NCBI RefSeq assembly: GCF_009914755.1
Contig: NC_060927.1
Source: the human T2T-CHM13v2.0 reference genome, Homo sapiens
Direction: 5' to 3' (one strand)
Length of the DNA: 64,000 bases
A program made the position numbers and the translations under genes. Numbering within the stretch: position 1 is the first letter of the stretch; the number at the start of each line of letters is the position of its first letter. Under the pieces are notes generated by a model. It was not told where the DNA came from, ran no database searches, and saw only the letters and a program-made list of their open reading frames with translations. Shown here piece by piece: positions 24,384 to 35,680 of the stretch.

Positions 24384-24560
24384 CTGTGTTTTATCAAAGA
24401 TAATGTCAAATAATACAAACTGTGAGGCTGCCAACAGCTTCTTGTTGGACGGTTCTTCTGTTGTGGTTCTAAGAGTTCCTTTCTGGAGGTTTTATCACCT
24501 TTTCTTCTTATCATTCTAACTACACACTTCTCTCTGAGGTTTTATATAAGTGCAGATAAG
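24384..24560 (-). promoter_or_regulatory. Candidate TATA/GATA promoter with a short first exon
   Basis: Minus-strand TATATAAA at 24548-24541, five WGATAA motifs within 24391-24559, and CAG|GTGAGT donor at 24384/24383. Motif evidence only. Confidence 0.3.
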
Positions 24561-26513
24561 CAAAAATTATATGTTCCTTTACAAACGTATCAAAGTAATG
24601 GATGTTTAATTATTTTAACCAATTTCATCATGAATTCAATAATCTTTTGAGAATTTCTGCCAAACTTACTCTGATATATTCCTCGCTCCTCTCTGATGAA
24701 TCAACGAATGAAAATACTGTTGAACATGTGGTCTCATCAGAATTGTTTGGGGAGGAAAACATGCTTTTACACATGTAGCATACATCATATGGAAAGAATG
24801 GGTACCCTCTCCTCCACCAAAACACTTGAAAACAATACAATAGTAAGTTATGAAAAAGGAATTGTGACAAGTGTTAATTAAAAATTCCTTATTAATTATT
24901 ACTTTGTTTTTCATTTTTAGCACAATTTAAAGCTAAGTGTCATTATGTGTTTGGTTAACAGTAAAACTGTATCTTATTGCAAAGGAGGTTGAGGCATATC
25001 TATAAATAAGGATCACAATCTCTAGTTAATTTTAGGCCCTGATTTTCAAAGCTTTAGCACTGCTGATGAATTTGTTTTTATTGTCACTGTGTGAGTTTTC
25101 AGGCACATAAAGTTCAGTTAAAGTCATTGAGCAGGCAGCTCTCTTTTGAGCACTCAACTCTTTTTTACAGTTGGGTGTCTTTTATAATTGAAATAAATTA
25201 TTAAATCCACAAGCCAAGTTGTTAGATGTAAGGTTATTAATATTTTGTTTGTTATGTATTTTTAATGACAGATTTATTTAAGAAAAGAACAATGAATACC
25301 AAGGGTATATTGAGTTGAGTGACAGATAGCTCAGTTTCTTCCCTGCCAGGCTCAAATCACTTGGATGACTGGATTGGTGCCATTTTTCTTTATATACCCT
25401 TTGTAGTCAGCATAATGTTTGACTCATCACTGGAACTCTCTAATTAATGAATGAATGCAGAAAGGGATTCAGGTTCAGTTAAAGCATTTACTCACTCTGT
25501 GACCTTGAGTAAGTCACTAAATCTCTTTCTCCTCTAATATCATCATATATATTATGGGGTTGGTCTAGTTTATCTTTGGAGTTCCTCCAACTTCTCATGC
25601 AGTTTATTGGATTTTATGAGTCAGATTATATATCTAAGAAATAATTATGGAGGCTAGAAAACTACTGTACATATTTTCATTTTTGTGTTGTATTATAGAG
25701 AAAAATGAGTGTGTACTATGGTATGTTATGCAGTATACAAAATTTTCAGTATTTTGGATTTCAAAGTATTATCTAGAAATTATGTAATGTGACAAAGAAA
25801 AAGATAGAGACAGATATATAGAGATATAGATAAAGAACATTTGCTTATGTTTTAAGAATTAATGGTTGGTTTAGGAAAACCTTCCATAATCATAAAAAGA
25901 TGAAAAAAGATAAGAGTTATTTACAGGATTCTTGAGTAGTAAAATCAATAAGAGAGGGCAGATGTAAGATAACTTATGGTCAATTGTAGGCACTTAAAAC
26001 TGAAGACTTACTATTAAATTGCTAACTGAGGGCCTTGAAGTGTGATGTTGCATGAGATTGTGTGTAAGGATCATTTGCTCCACTTTATGAGTCTGTCACT
26101 TTAAAGATCAGAACTGTTACCCTGTGATGCTCACATTTGGTCTGGTTTATAGGACATGTGCCAGCTGGCTAGGCTAAATGAAAATGTCTACTTCTTCAAC
26201 AAACTTGTAATCTATGATCCTTACTCTACTTTTCTAAGAAAGATTACTGTGGATGTATGGTAGCATCAATGTCTAGGAAACAGAGGTGATGTACATTACC
26301 TGGCAATTAAATTATAATAATATAAAGTTGACAAATTCACATGCTCCAGTGCCCAATGAAACTTTAGTCTCTCTGAGAATAGTAAGACCAATTATTCTAT
26401 AGTTCTAAGAAAAATGGAACAAAGACACTATAATTCCTTCCAGAAATCTCTGTAGTAAAGATAAAGATCATTTTACTGGAAAGTAAGGAGGGATAATTCA
26501 CTTATAAGAATTA

Positions 26514-26842
26514 CAGTTAGCGCCCTGTATCCATGGGTTCTGCATCCACAGATTCAACCAACCATGAATCAAAAAAGATTTTTAAAAAGAACAACAGTAA
26601 TAATACAGCAATAAAAATAACACAAATTTTAATATACAGTATAACTACTATTTCCATATCATTTACATTGTATTAGGTATTTTAAGCAATCTAGAGATGA
26701 TTTAAAGTATACAAGAGAATGTGCGGAGGTTGTATGCAAATACTATGGCATTTTATATAAGGGACTGGACATCCACGAATTTTGGCATCCACAGGGGTCC
26801 TGGAACGAGTTCCCTGTGGAACCCATCCCTTGCGGATGACTA
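26514..26842 (-). mobile_element. MER2/MER2B (TcMar-Tigger MITE)
   Basis: cagttagcgccctgtatccatgggttctgcatccacagattcaacc ... caggggtcctggaac; TA flanks. Confidence 0.9.
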
Positions 26843-27054
26843 TAATTTAGTAAAACTTTTACATGGAATGTAGAAAGCATACCTTTATTGAATAAAATGC
26901 CCTCCTTGAAAAGACTTTATTAATCCAAATTTTGATGTTCCAATTTGTAAATATGTAAAGAATAAAATTCTTAACTCTATTTGATCTATAGAAAGCATTA
27001 GCATATCAATTCAGAACCCTATCTTCCCCAGTAAACTCTGCAAATCCCCCAATA

Positions 27055-27127
27055 TTTCATTTATTCGTTTAACTTTGTTCTTTTCCTCTTACACACACAC
27101 ATAGAAAATGACTACTGAAGTTTATTA
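27055..27127 (+). repeat. 73-bp segment duplicated at 28817-28889
   Basis: Ungapped, 69/73 identity (hand count). Confidence 0.92.
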
Positions 27128-27770
27128 CAAATTTCAAAAGTCTTCGATTTGTGTACATATTTATGCACAAGGCCTTATTTATAAAGGTATGTTTCATTTC
27201 TTTTGGATAATTATGGAAGACTGGGCTGGCTAAATCATGTGACTTTTACACTTCTAACAAAATGTCGACATGTTTTCCATAGCATTTGAAACATTTTGTA
27301 TCTCTGCCTGCTGTGTATGAGAACTCTAGTTTCTTTATATCTTCACCACCCCTTTGTATTGTCAGTCTTTTTAATTTTTTGCCATTCTGATAGGTATGTA
27401 ATGGTATCCCATTGTGGCTTTAATTTGCATTTCCATAAAGCTAATGATGTTGAGTGTCATTTCGTGTGCTTATATTCCATATGCATATTTTCTTTGGTGA
27501 AGAGTCTATTTAAAGGTTTTGTCCTTTTTGAGCGGGGAGATTATTTTTTTAAACTATGGAATTTTGAAAGTTCTTTGTATTTTCTAAACACAAGTACTTT
27601 ATCAGATTATAAATCAAATGATTTATAAATACTTTTTTCCCAGTCTGTATTTTGCTTTTCATTCTCATATTAGAATCTTTTGAAAAGCAGAATTTTGAAT
27701 GTTGATGAGGTCCAACTTATCAATTTAACAAAAATTATTGTGCTTTTGCTGTTATACCTTTGCCTATTCA

Positions 27771-28465
27771 AAGAGTCGGGGAACTTTCTTTTAAGGGGCC
27801 AGATAATAAATAGTTTAGACTTTGTGCTCCATACACCCTCTGTGATATAGTTTGTATCTGTGTCCCCACTCAAATCTCATCTCAAATCGTAATCCCCATG
27901 TGTCAGGGGACGAACTTGGTGGGAGGTGATTGGGTCATGGGGACAATTTCCCCATGCGTTTCTCATGATAATGAGTGAGTTCTCATAAGATCTGATGATT
28001 TAAAAGAGTGTGGCACTTCCCTCCTTGCTCTTTCTCTCTTTTCTGCTGCCATATAAGATGTGCCTTGCTTTTCCTTCGTCTACTGCCACGATTGTAAGTT
28101 TCCTGAGGCCTCCCCAGCCTTGTGGAAATGTGAGTCAGTTAAACCTCTTTTCTTTATAAATTACCCAGTCTTAGGTAGTTCTTTATAGCAGTGTGAAAAC
28201 AGACTAATACCGTCTGCCTCAACTAATCATCTCTGTAGTTGTGGTGTGAAAGCAATCACAAAAATATATTTAAATGAATGAGTATGGCTATGTTCTAATA
28301 ATTAAAATTTGAATTTTACATAATTTTCATGTAATGAAGTAGTATACTTTTTCCATTCCACTAATCATTTAAAGATCTAAAAAAAGATTCTTAGTTCATA
28401 CATAATAGAAATACAGGTAGAGGGTAAGATTTGTCCCATTGGCCATGGGTAGGTTGCCAACTTTT
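27771..28465 (+). mobile_element. MER58B (hAT-Charlie), split by THE1D
   Basis: aactttcttttaaggggccagataataaatagtttagactttgtg ... tgtgaaagcaatcaca...aatgaatgagtatggctatgttctaataa...ggttgccaac. Confidence 0.8.
27843..28211 (+). mobile_element. THE1D solo LTR (ERVL-MaLR)
   Basis: tgatatagtttgtatctgtgtccccactcaaatctcatctc ... ttataaattacccagtcttaggtagttctttatagcagtgtgaaaacagactaatac; 5-bp TSD ctctg / gtctg. Confidence 0.92.
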
Positions 28466-28779
28466 CTCCTAACCCAAAGTGACAATGATTTTGTCTTATG
28501 TTTTCTTCTACAAATTTTATAGTTTTAGGTTTTAACATTGTCTATAATTTATTTTTATTAATTTTGTTATGTGTTCCAAAGTACGAGTCTTAGTTCATTT
28601 TTGCAAATGACTATCTAATTGTTTCAATACCATCTGTTGAAATAACCATCCTTTCTCTATTAAATTACCTTTGCACTTTTGGAGAAAATCATTTGTTCAA
28701 ATATTCTCCCCCAATACCATTGAGAATTACAGTTAAAAATGCATTACTAAATTGAAGTAGCCCAATGCTCTTCACATTT

Positions 28780-29400
28780 TAAAATGCTTTTTCTCTGTGT
28801 TCTTCATTTTTGGTAGTTTCATTTATTCCTTGAACTTTGTTCTTTTCCTCTTACACACACACACAGAAGATGACTACTGAAGTTTATTATAATAATACAC
28901 ATAGATGATTGCTATCCTTTCTCAAGCTCATGAAAATTTTCCTGTATAATATTTAATCTGCCACCATCCAATTCAATGTATTTTTCAGATCAGGCATTTT
29001 AGTTTTTATCTCTAGTTTTATTTGGGCCTCCTAAAATATATTCCTTATTTGTATTTCAGTATTTGGACATATAGAGCACAGTTATATTCACTGTTCTATG
29101 TCCATGCCTACTAATGCTAACATCTATGGCAGTTCTGAGTTGATTTTGACTGATTGGTTTCTCTCTCTATTATGAGTTGTATTTCCTTGCATGCCATGTA
29201 ATTATTTTTTTGGCTGCCAAACATTGTGAATTTTATCTTTTGCATGCTTCATATTTTTGTATTCTTATTAATATTCTTGAACTTTTCTATGGGACACAGT
29301 TAAATTATTGAAAAACAGTTTGATCCTTGTGAGTTCTGTTTTTTACATTTGTTACATGGATTCAGAGAAGTGTTTAATCAAGGTCTGATCATTCCTCACT
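28780..29400 (-). mobile_element. Old L1M 5'/ORF1-region fragment (continues at 32410-32970)
   Basis: tttttctctgtgttcttcatttttggtagtttc...attgcta...aatctg...cattgtgaattttatc...aacagtttgatcctt. Confidence 0.65.
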
Positions 29401-29932
29401 CACACTTGTATGTATACACATACCTTGGAAATATTGTGGATTTATTCCAGACTATAGCAATAAAGCTAATATAGCAATAAAATGAGTCACACAAATGTTT
29501 TGCTCTCCCAGTGCATATGAAAGGTTATGTTTACTCTCTACCATAGTCTATTAAGTGTGCAATAGTGGTATGTCTAAAAAACAGTGTACATACCTTAGTT
29601 AAAAATACTTTATTACTAAAAAATGCTGATGATCATCTCAGCCTTAGTGAGTTATAATCTTTTTGTTCGTGGAGGATCTTGCCTCAATGTTGATGGCTGC
29701 TGACTGATCAGGATGGTGGTTGCTGAAGGGTGGAGCAGCTGTGGCAATTTCTCAAAAGACAATAAGGTTCACTGCATCTTTCACGAAAGATTTCTCTGTA
29801 GCATATAATGCCATTTAACAACATTTTCTCCACCATAGAACTTCTTTCAAAATTGTGGTGAATTCTCTCAAACCCTGCTTCTGGTTTATCAACTAAGTTT
29901 GTGTAATATTCTAAATCCTTTGTTATTATTTC

Positions 29933-30234
29933 CTTTTTTTCCTATATTTTGAGACAGACTCTCTCTTTCTCTGTCACTCAGGTTGGAGTGCCGTGGTGCA
30001 ATCTCAGCTCGCTGCAACCTCTGCCACCGGGTTCAAGAGATTCTCATGCCTCAGCCTGTCAAGTAGCTGGGATTGTAGGCATGCACCACCACACCCGGCT
30101 AATTTTTGTATTTTTAGTAGAGATGAGTTTCCCTATGTTGGCCAGGCTGGTCTCGAACTCCCAACCTCAGGTGATCTGCCTGCCTCTGCCTCCCAAAGTG
30201 CTGGGATTACAGGCATGACCCACCACACCCGACC
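29933..30234 (-). mobile_element. AluS-type element inside Tigger1
   Basis: Full dimer; TSD ctttgttattatttc / ctttgttgtcatttc. Confidence 0.95.
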
Positions 30235-30239
30235 TCTTT

Positions 30240-31690
30240 GTTGTCATTTCAACAACATTCATAGCATGTTCACCAGGAGTAGATTTCATCTCAAGGAATA
30301 ATGTTCTTTGCTCATCCATAAGAAGCAACTCCTCATCCACTGAAGTTTTATCATAAGATTGTAGCACTTCAGACACACATTCATGCTCCACTTCAAATTC
30401 TAGTTCTGTTGCCATTTCCACAACATAGGCAGTTAGTTCTTCCTCTGAAGTCTTAAATCCCTCTATGTCATCCATAAGGATTGGAATCAACTTCTTCCAA
30501 ACTCTTGTTACTGATGATATTTTGACATCTTCTCCTGAATCACAAATGTTTTTAAGGGAATCTAGAATGGTGAATTTTTTCCAGAAGGTTTTCCCTTTTC
30601 TTTAGCCAGATTTGTCAGAGGAATCACTATTTATAGCATCTATAGCCTTACAAAATATATTTCTTAGACAATAAGACAGGAAAGTCAAAATTACTCCTTG
30701 ATTCATGGGCTTCAGAATGAATGTTATGTTAACACGCATGGAAAATCTTTGTATGTACATCTTCCTCAGAGTTCTTGGGTGACTAGGTGCATTGTCAATG
30801 AGAAGTAATATTCTGAAAGAAATCTTTTTTTGAGCAATAGGTCTCAATAGTGGGCTTGAAATATTAAGTAACCCATGCTGTAAACAGATGTGCTGTCATC
30901 CAGGCTTTGTTGTTCCATTTGTAGAGCACAGGCAGAGTATATTTAGCAAAATTATTAAGGGCCCTTGGATTTTCAGAATGGCAAATGTGTGTTGGTTTCA
31001 GCTTAAAGTCACCAGCTGTTGCATTAGCTTCTACTAAGGGAGTCAGCCTGCCCTTTGAAACTTCAAAGCTAGGTATTGACTTCTCCTCTTTAGCTGTGAA
31101 AGTCTCAGATGGTATCTTCTTCAAATATAAGACTATTTTGTCTACATTGAAAATTTCTTGTTACGTGTAGCCATCTTTATCAATTATCTTAGCTAGATCT
31201 CCTGGATAACTTGCTTCAGTTTTTCTATCATCAGTACTTGCTGCTTCACCTTGCAGTTTTATATTATGCAGATAGCTTCTTTCTTTAAGTGTCATGAACC
31301 AACCTCTGCTAGCTGTCAACATTTCTTCTGCAGCTTTCTCACTTCTCCAACTTTCATAGAATTGAAGAATGTTAGGACACTGCTCAGGATTGGGCTTTGG
31401 CTAAAAAGAATGTTGTGAATGGTTTGATCTTCTCTGCAGACCACTACAACTTCTTTCATATCAGCAATAAGGTTGTTTTATTTTTCTATCATTAGTTTGT
31501 TCAATAGATTAGTACCTTCAATTTCCTTCAAGAACTCCTTTTCATTCACAACTTGGCTGTTTGTCATTAAGAGGCCTATCTTTTAGCTTCTGTGGGCTTT
31601 TACACTCTTCCTCACTGAGCTTAATCATTCTAGTTTTTGATTTAAAGTAAGAGGCATGCAATACTTTCTTTCACTTGAACACTTACAGGC
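30240..31690 (-). pseudogene. Decayed Tigger1 (pogo/CENP-B-like DDE) transposase
   Basis: Fragments FNVD..., [17 protein letters not shown]...AGDFKLKP...SENPRAL...[32 protein letters not shown] and MDDIEGFKTS, broken by stops and frameshifts. Confidence 0.9.
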
Positions 31691-32098
31691 CATTGCAGGG
31701 TTATGAATTGGGTTAATTTCAATAATGTGTCTCAGGGGATAGGGAGGCCAGAGGAGAAGCAGAGAGATAGGAATACTGCTAGTGAATGGAGCAGACAATA
31801 TTTATCAATTAAGGTTGCCATCTTTTATGGGCATGGTTCATGCTATCCCAAAACAATTACAAAAAGGAACATCAAAGATCTCGGATCATAGATCACCATA
31901 AAAGGTATAATAGTAATGAAATCATTTATAATATTGTGAGAATTACCAAAATGTGACACAGAAACATGAAGTGAGCAGATGCTGTTGGAAAAAGTGGTGC
32001 AGATAGGCTTATTTGATGCAAGGTTGCCACAAACCTTTGGTTTGCAAAAAACTCAGTATCTGTACAATAAGCTAAGCACAATAAAATGAAATATGTTG

Positions 32099-32409
32099 GC
32101 CAGGCATGGTGGCTCACGCCTGTAATCCCAGCACTTTGGGAGGCCGAGGTGGGCAGATCACTTGAGGTCAGGGGTTTGAGACCAGCCTGGCCAACATGGC
32201 AAAACCCCGTCTCTGCTAAAAATACAGAAACTAGCTGGGCATGATGGTGCATGCCTGTAATCCCGGCTACTCAGGAGGTTGAGGCAAGAGGATCACTTGA
32301 ACCTGGGAGGCGGAGGTTGCAGTGAGATGAGATCATGCCACTGTACTCCAGCCTGGACAACAAAGCAAGACTTCCTCTCAAAAAACAAAACAAACAAACA
32401 AACAAAAAC
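32099..32409 (+). mobile_element. AluS-type element with (AAAC)n tail at the Tigger1 terminus
   Basis: ggccaggcatggtggctcacgcctgtaatcccagcactttggg... Confidence 0.96.
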
Positions 32410-32970
32410 ATCCACCTAACGCCCCATGAATCTTGAGGTTTTCTAATTTGGCTGGTGGGAACAAGCATTTTTCCATGTCATGTGCGAGCACCAAATCCCA
32501 TGCCTCTACTACATTTGGATAGTTCTTTCCCTGACCTCAGGAGATTTGGTCACACATGGGTTGATTGGCACTCTGCTAAAAACTGAAGGGGAACTTTTGC
32601 AAATGGCCTTTCTCTCTCTCTGTGCAGCTTTCTTCTCCCTGGTGTTCTCTGCAAAAAAACTCTAGTCATCTTGGTCTCCCTGGACTTTCATCTTCATTTC
32701 CTAAAACCCAAGAATTTTCTGAGCTCTACTTTGGTTTTCTGTCCTCCTGTTTCAGCCTAGAAATTCTTACAGCAGTAAAATATTGCACCATAGGGTCATC
32801 CATTTCCCTTTTGTTAAGGATCTCTGTTCTTTGTTGCCTGATATCCAGTGACTTGAAAACTGTTGTTTTAGATGGAGTTTTTATTTCATTTTGTTTCTTA
32901 TTTTTTGTTTTGGTTGTTTCTTGTGAGATGGTAAATTCAGTCTCTGTTACTTTTTCCTGACCAGGATTCA
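32410..32970 (-). mobile_element. Old L1M 5'-end fragment
   Basis: gccccatgaatcttgaggttttctaatttggctggtgggaacaagca...tgttgcctgatatccagtgacttgaaaactgttgtttt. Confidence 0.6.
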
Positions 32971-33879
32971 AGGATTAAGTTTTGTTATGTATTAATTCAA
33001 TTAAAGGTATTTTTTGTGTTTTTAAAAATTATACATTGGAGATGCCAAGACATAAAATCCTATAAAATAGTTAAGTGTGCTGAAAATTATTTTAACATGG
33101 AGTACATATATGGGATATGTAAATTAAATATTATAAAACAGGTTAAAGTAATATATGATTAACTGTCAAATTAAAGATGGTAAGGAAAAGAACTCAAAAT
33201 AAGAATAATTTATTGATAATTATATGTTTAGAGACCCCTTCATGGGTCTCTACTATCATCATGAAGATGATAATACAGGAAAACTCTTGATAGCTGGTAT
33301 GGAATATTTTCATAAAGTCCTTTTATGCAGGTAAATGACATTATATAAAGATGTGTTGTACAAAATGATTAATGAAGAGATTATTTTATGTCAGAGGACA
33401 ATAAAGGATTAAATGTTTGAAGACATATGTAAATATCAGATTTTAGAAACTTTAAGTTTGTCTTTTTATATAAAGGCAATAGTAAACCATTAAAATTTTT
33501 GGCATTCATTTGTAATAAGATGGTGAATGCCACTTTGAACAAGAATAATCAGGAGGAAGTGACAAGGAAGCAAATACTAGACAGACTAGAAAGAAAACTA
33601 TTATACTTAATCAAGGTGGATTAAATCATTGTAACAAAGATGAAAAGAAAAGACAGAGCAGCATTACATTATATAAATTTCCAGTAGTTGGTGACTAATT
33701 ATATGCAAGAATGAGAATACGGGAAATTTTTAAGATGAATGAAATTTTAATAGAAAGAGCATAATGAAACTATCAACAGAAAAATGTAACATCCATAGCC
33801 TATAAAACTAAAATAAAAGAACCCAGGAAAAAGTAACGGCATCATCATAAAATATAAAAAATAAAAAAATTATGAAGTG

Positions 33880-34075
33880 TGCAATAAGTGCCAGCACTAT
33901 TAAGTCTTTACATGGAATACTTCATTTAATCACTACAGCATTATTATCAGCTTATGTGATTGTCTTTCTGTAATTTAAAAGTAAGAAAATAAGTATTCTA
34001 TCCAAGATGATAGGAAGTGATGGGGGCAGGATTTGAATTTCAATATATCCAACTTCAGAATCCAGTCTCTTATTA
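33880..34075 (-). mobile_element. MIR SINE
   Basis: gtgccagcactattaagtctttacatgga...gcaggatttgaattt...cttcagaatcc. Confidence 0.7.
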
Positions 34076-34864
34076 CAGATAATTACTAAAACGTTATAGG
34101 CATAGTTTTAAAGAAAATGTATTGGGCAGGAGTTTGTCTAACACTGTATATGAAATAGGAAAATATAGTTGATTTGTGTGATATCCAGCCTTAAGGAAAA
34201 TTTTTGATAGCCGTAAGTAACGACTACTCTCACAGTTCTGCCTATCAACAATCTAAGATAGTATTGCAATGTTCTACATATTTAAGTGTCGATTATATTA
34301 ATTTTTCATTTGGGCATAATAATATTATTTTATTTTATTTATCATGATTTGGCCACTAAGCCAAATAAACAACAACAAAAGAATTTAAAAATATTAATGC
34401 TAGTACTTACCAGGACTTGATTCACAGTACATTTATGTCTTCGATAATTGGGATTACTTAACTTTCTTTATTATTTAGCTACTCAGTAAATCTAATTGAC
34501 AAGAAACTACTAAAGTCTCAAATCTCATAATGCATTTTCTTTACACAATGGATTATTATTTTTTTAATCAGGAAGATAGTATTACTCCAGTTATATTTGT
34601 TTTCTGTAATAAAAGAGTTATAGTTAGTGTCACTATAAACTACTCTTACAGCCTATTTAGAATTGTCAAAATATCAAACTTATATGTAAAGTTATATATT
34701 AATATGTAAAGTATATGTTTCAAACTTATATACGTAAAGTTTGATATATTGACAATGCTACACACACAGAGACATACAACACACAGACATTCACAACACA
34801 GACATACAAATGAACACACAAACACACACACAAACTAATAAGCAGAGAGAAAATGGGGGGACTG

Positions 34865-35055
34865 AATTACTTAGTACATGCTATGTTACAGACACCATGC
34901 TAAACATTTTTATTTAGATTATCTCATTTATTACTTTAAACAATTATCTTTATTGTCTGAAATCTGCCCAATGTTACTCAGGTAATAAGCTTTGGAGCCA
35001 GATTTCAGCCTTCGATGTCTGACTTCAGAGTTCAAGTTCTTAACCACAATGTCAT
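34865..35055 (-). mobile_element. MIR SINE
   Basis: attatctcattta...tgcccaatgttactcaggtaataag...ggagccagatttc...tctgacttcagag...cttaaccac. Confidence 0.75.
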
Positions 35056-35329
35056 ACGGCTCTGTACTCCAAGATATACTGAGTCACTATAGTGTCTGCC
35101 ATTTATTTTAATAAAGGATATCCTGTGTGGTGAGGCCAATTTTTAAAAAGGGAACCTCTCAAATAAAATGCACGCCTGTTTCTCCTTACCATACAGCCAT
35201 ACCTGTTCTCTAGAGATCTCTGAGTTTCTCTTTCCTCACCTTCATTTCTGAGTTACCTGATTTGTGAGACATGGTTATAAAGCAAGGTAGCTGATGTTTC
35301 CATGAAAGTACCACAGATGTCTTCAGCAC

Positions 35330-35680
35330 TTTTGTCTCCCTGACCACTCTAAATTAAATGCAATAGCAACAAATTCTGATTTTTGCTTAAGGTGATTTCA
35401 CTTTTCATAGTGCTTGTCAATGATCTAGAGTCAAACCTGGTGGCTAAAAGAAATGACCAAATAAGAAATACCATTTAGGGTTAAAAATACATGAGTCATG
35501 GATTTTAAGCACCAAGGAAGTATTCTCATGTGGCTCATAAAATGTCTCTCATGGCGATGCAGAAAAGAATTTTCAAAAATATTTTGAGTGTAGCAACATT
35601 GTAGGACGAATGTACAGCCTTCTCAATCTTTCATTTTAAAGCTGCCACAATAATTTGGATTTATATATAATGGGAAAATT
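35330..35680 (+). mobile_element. MARNA-like (TcMar-Mariner) remnant
   Basis: aagaattttcaaaaatattttgagtgtagcaacattgtaggacgaatgtacagcc...atttggatttata resembles the MARNA 3' part. Confidence 0.5.

Larger units (their letters stand above)
27160..28706 (-). mobile_element. Old L1M ORF2 3' region, interrupted by MER58B and THE1D
   Basis: gccattctgataggtatgtaatggtatcccattgtggctttaatttgcatttcc...ctaatgatgttgag; resumes about 28466 with cctaacccaaagtgacaatgattttgtcttatgttttcttcta. Confidence 0.85.
29415..32097 (-). mobile_element. Near-full-length Tigger1 DNA transposon (about 2.4 kb excluding the internal Alu)
   Basis: TIR-like ends cataccttggaaatattgtgg and aataaaatgaaatatg; transposase remnants in the ORF track. 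Confidence 0.95.

Noticed and set aside
30167-31124. Domesticated TIGD/CENP-B-like gene
   Set aside because: The frames are fragmented, a catalytic D reads N, an Alu interrupts the 3' part and the TIRs remain: a decayed Tigger1.
34411-34491. Minus-strand coding exon ending in CTG|GTAAGT
   Set aside because: The acceptor is weak and all three frames contain stops.
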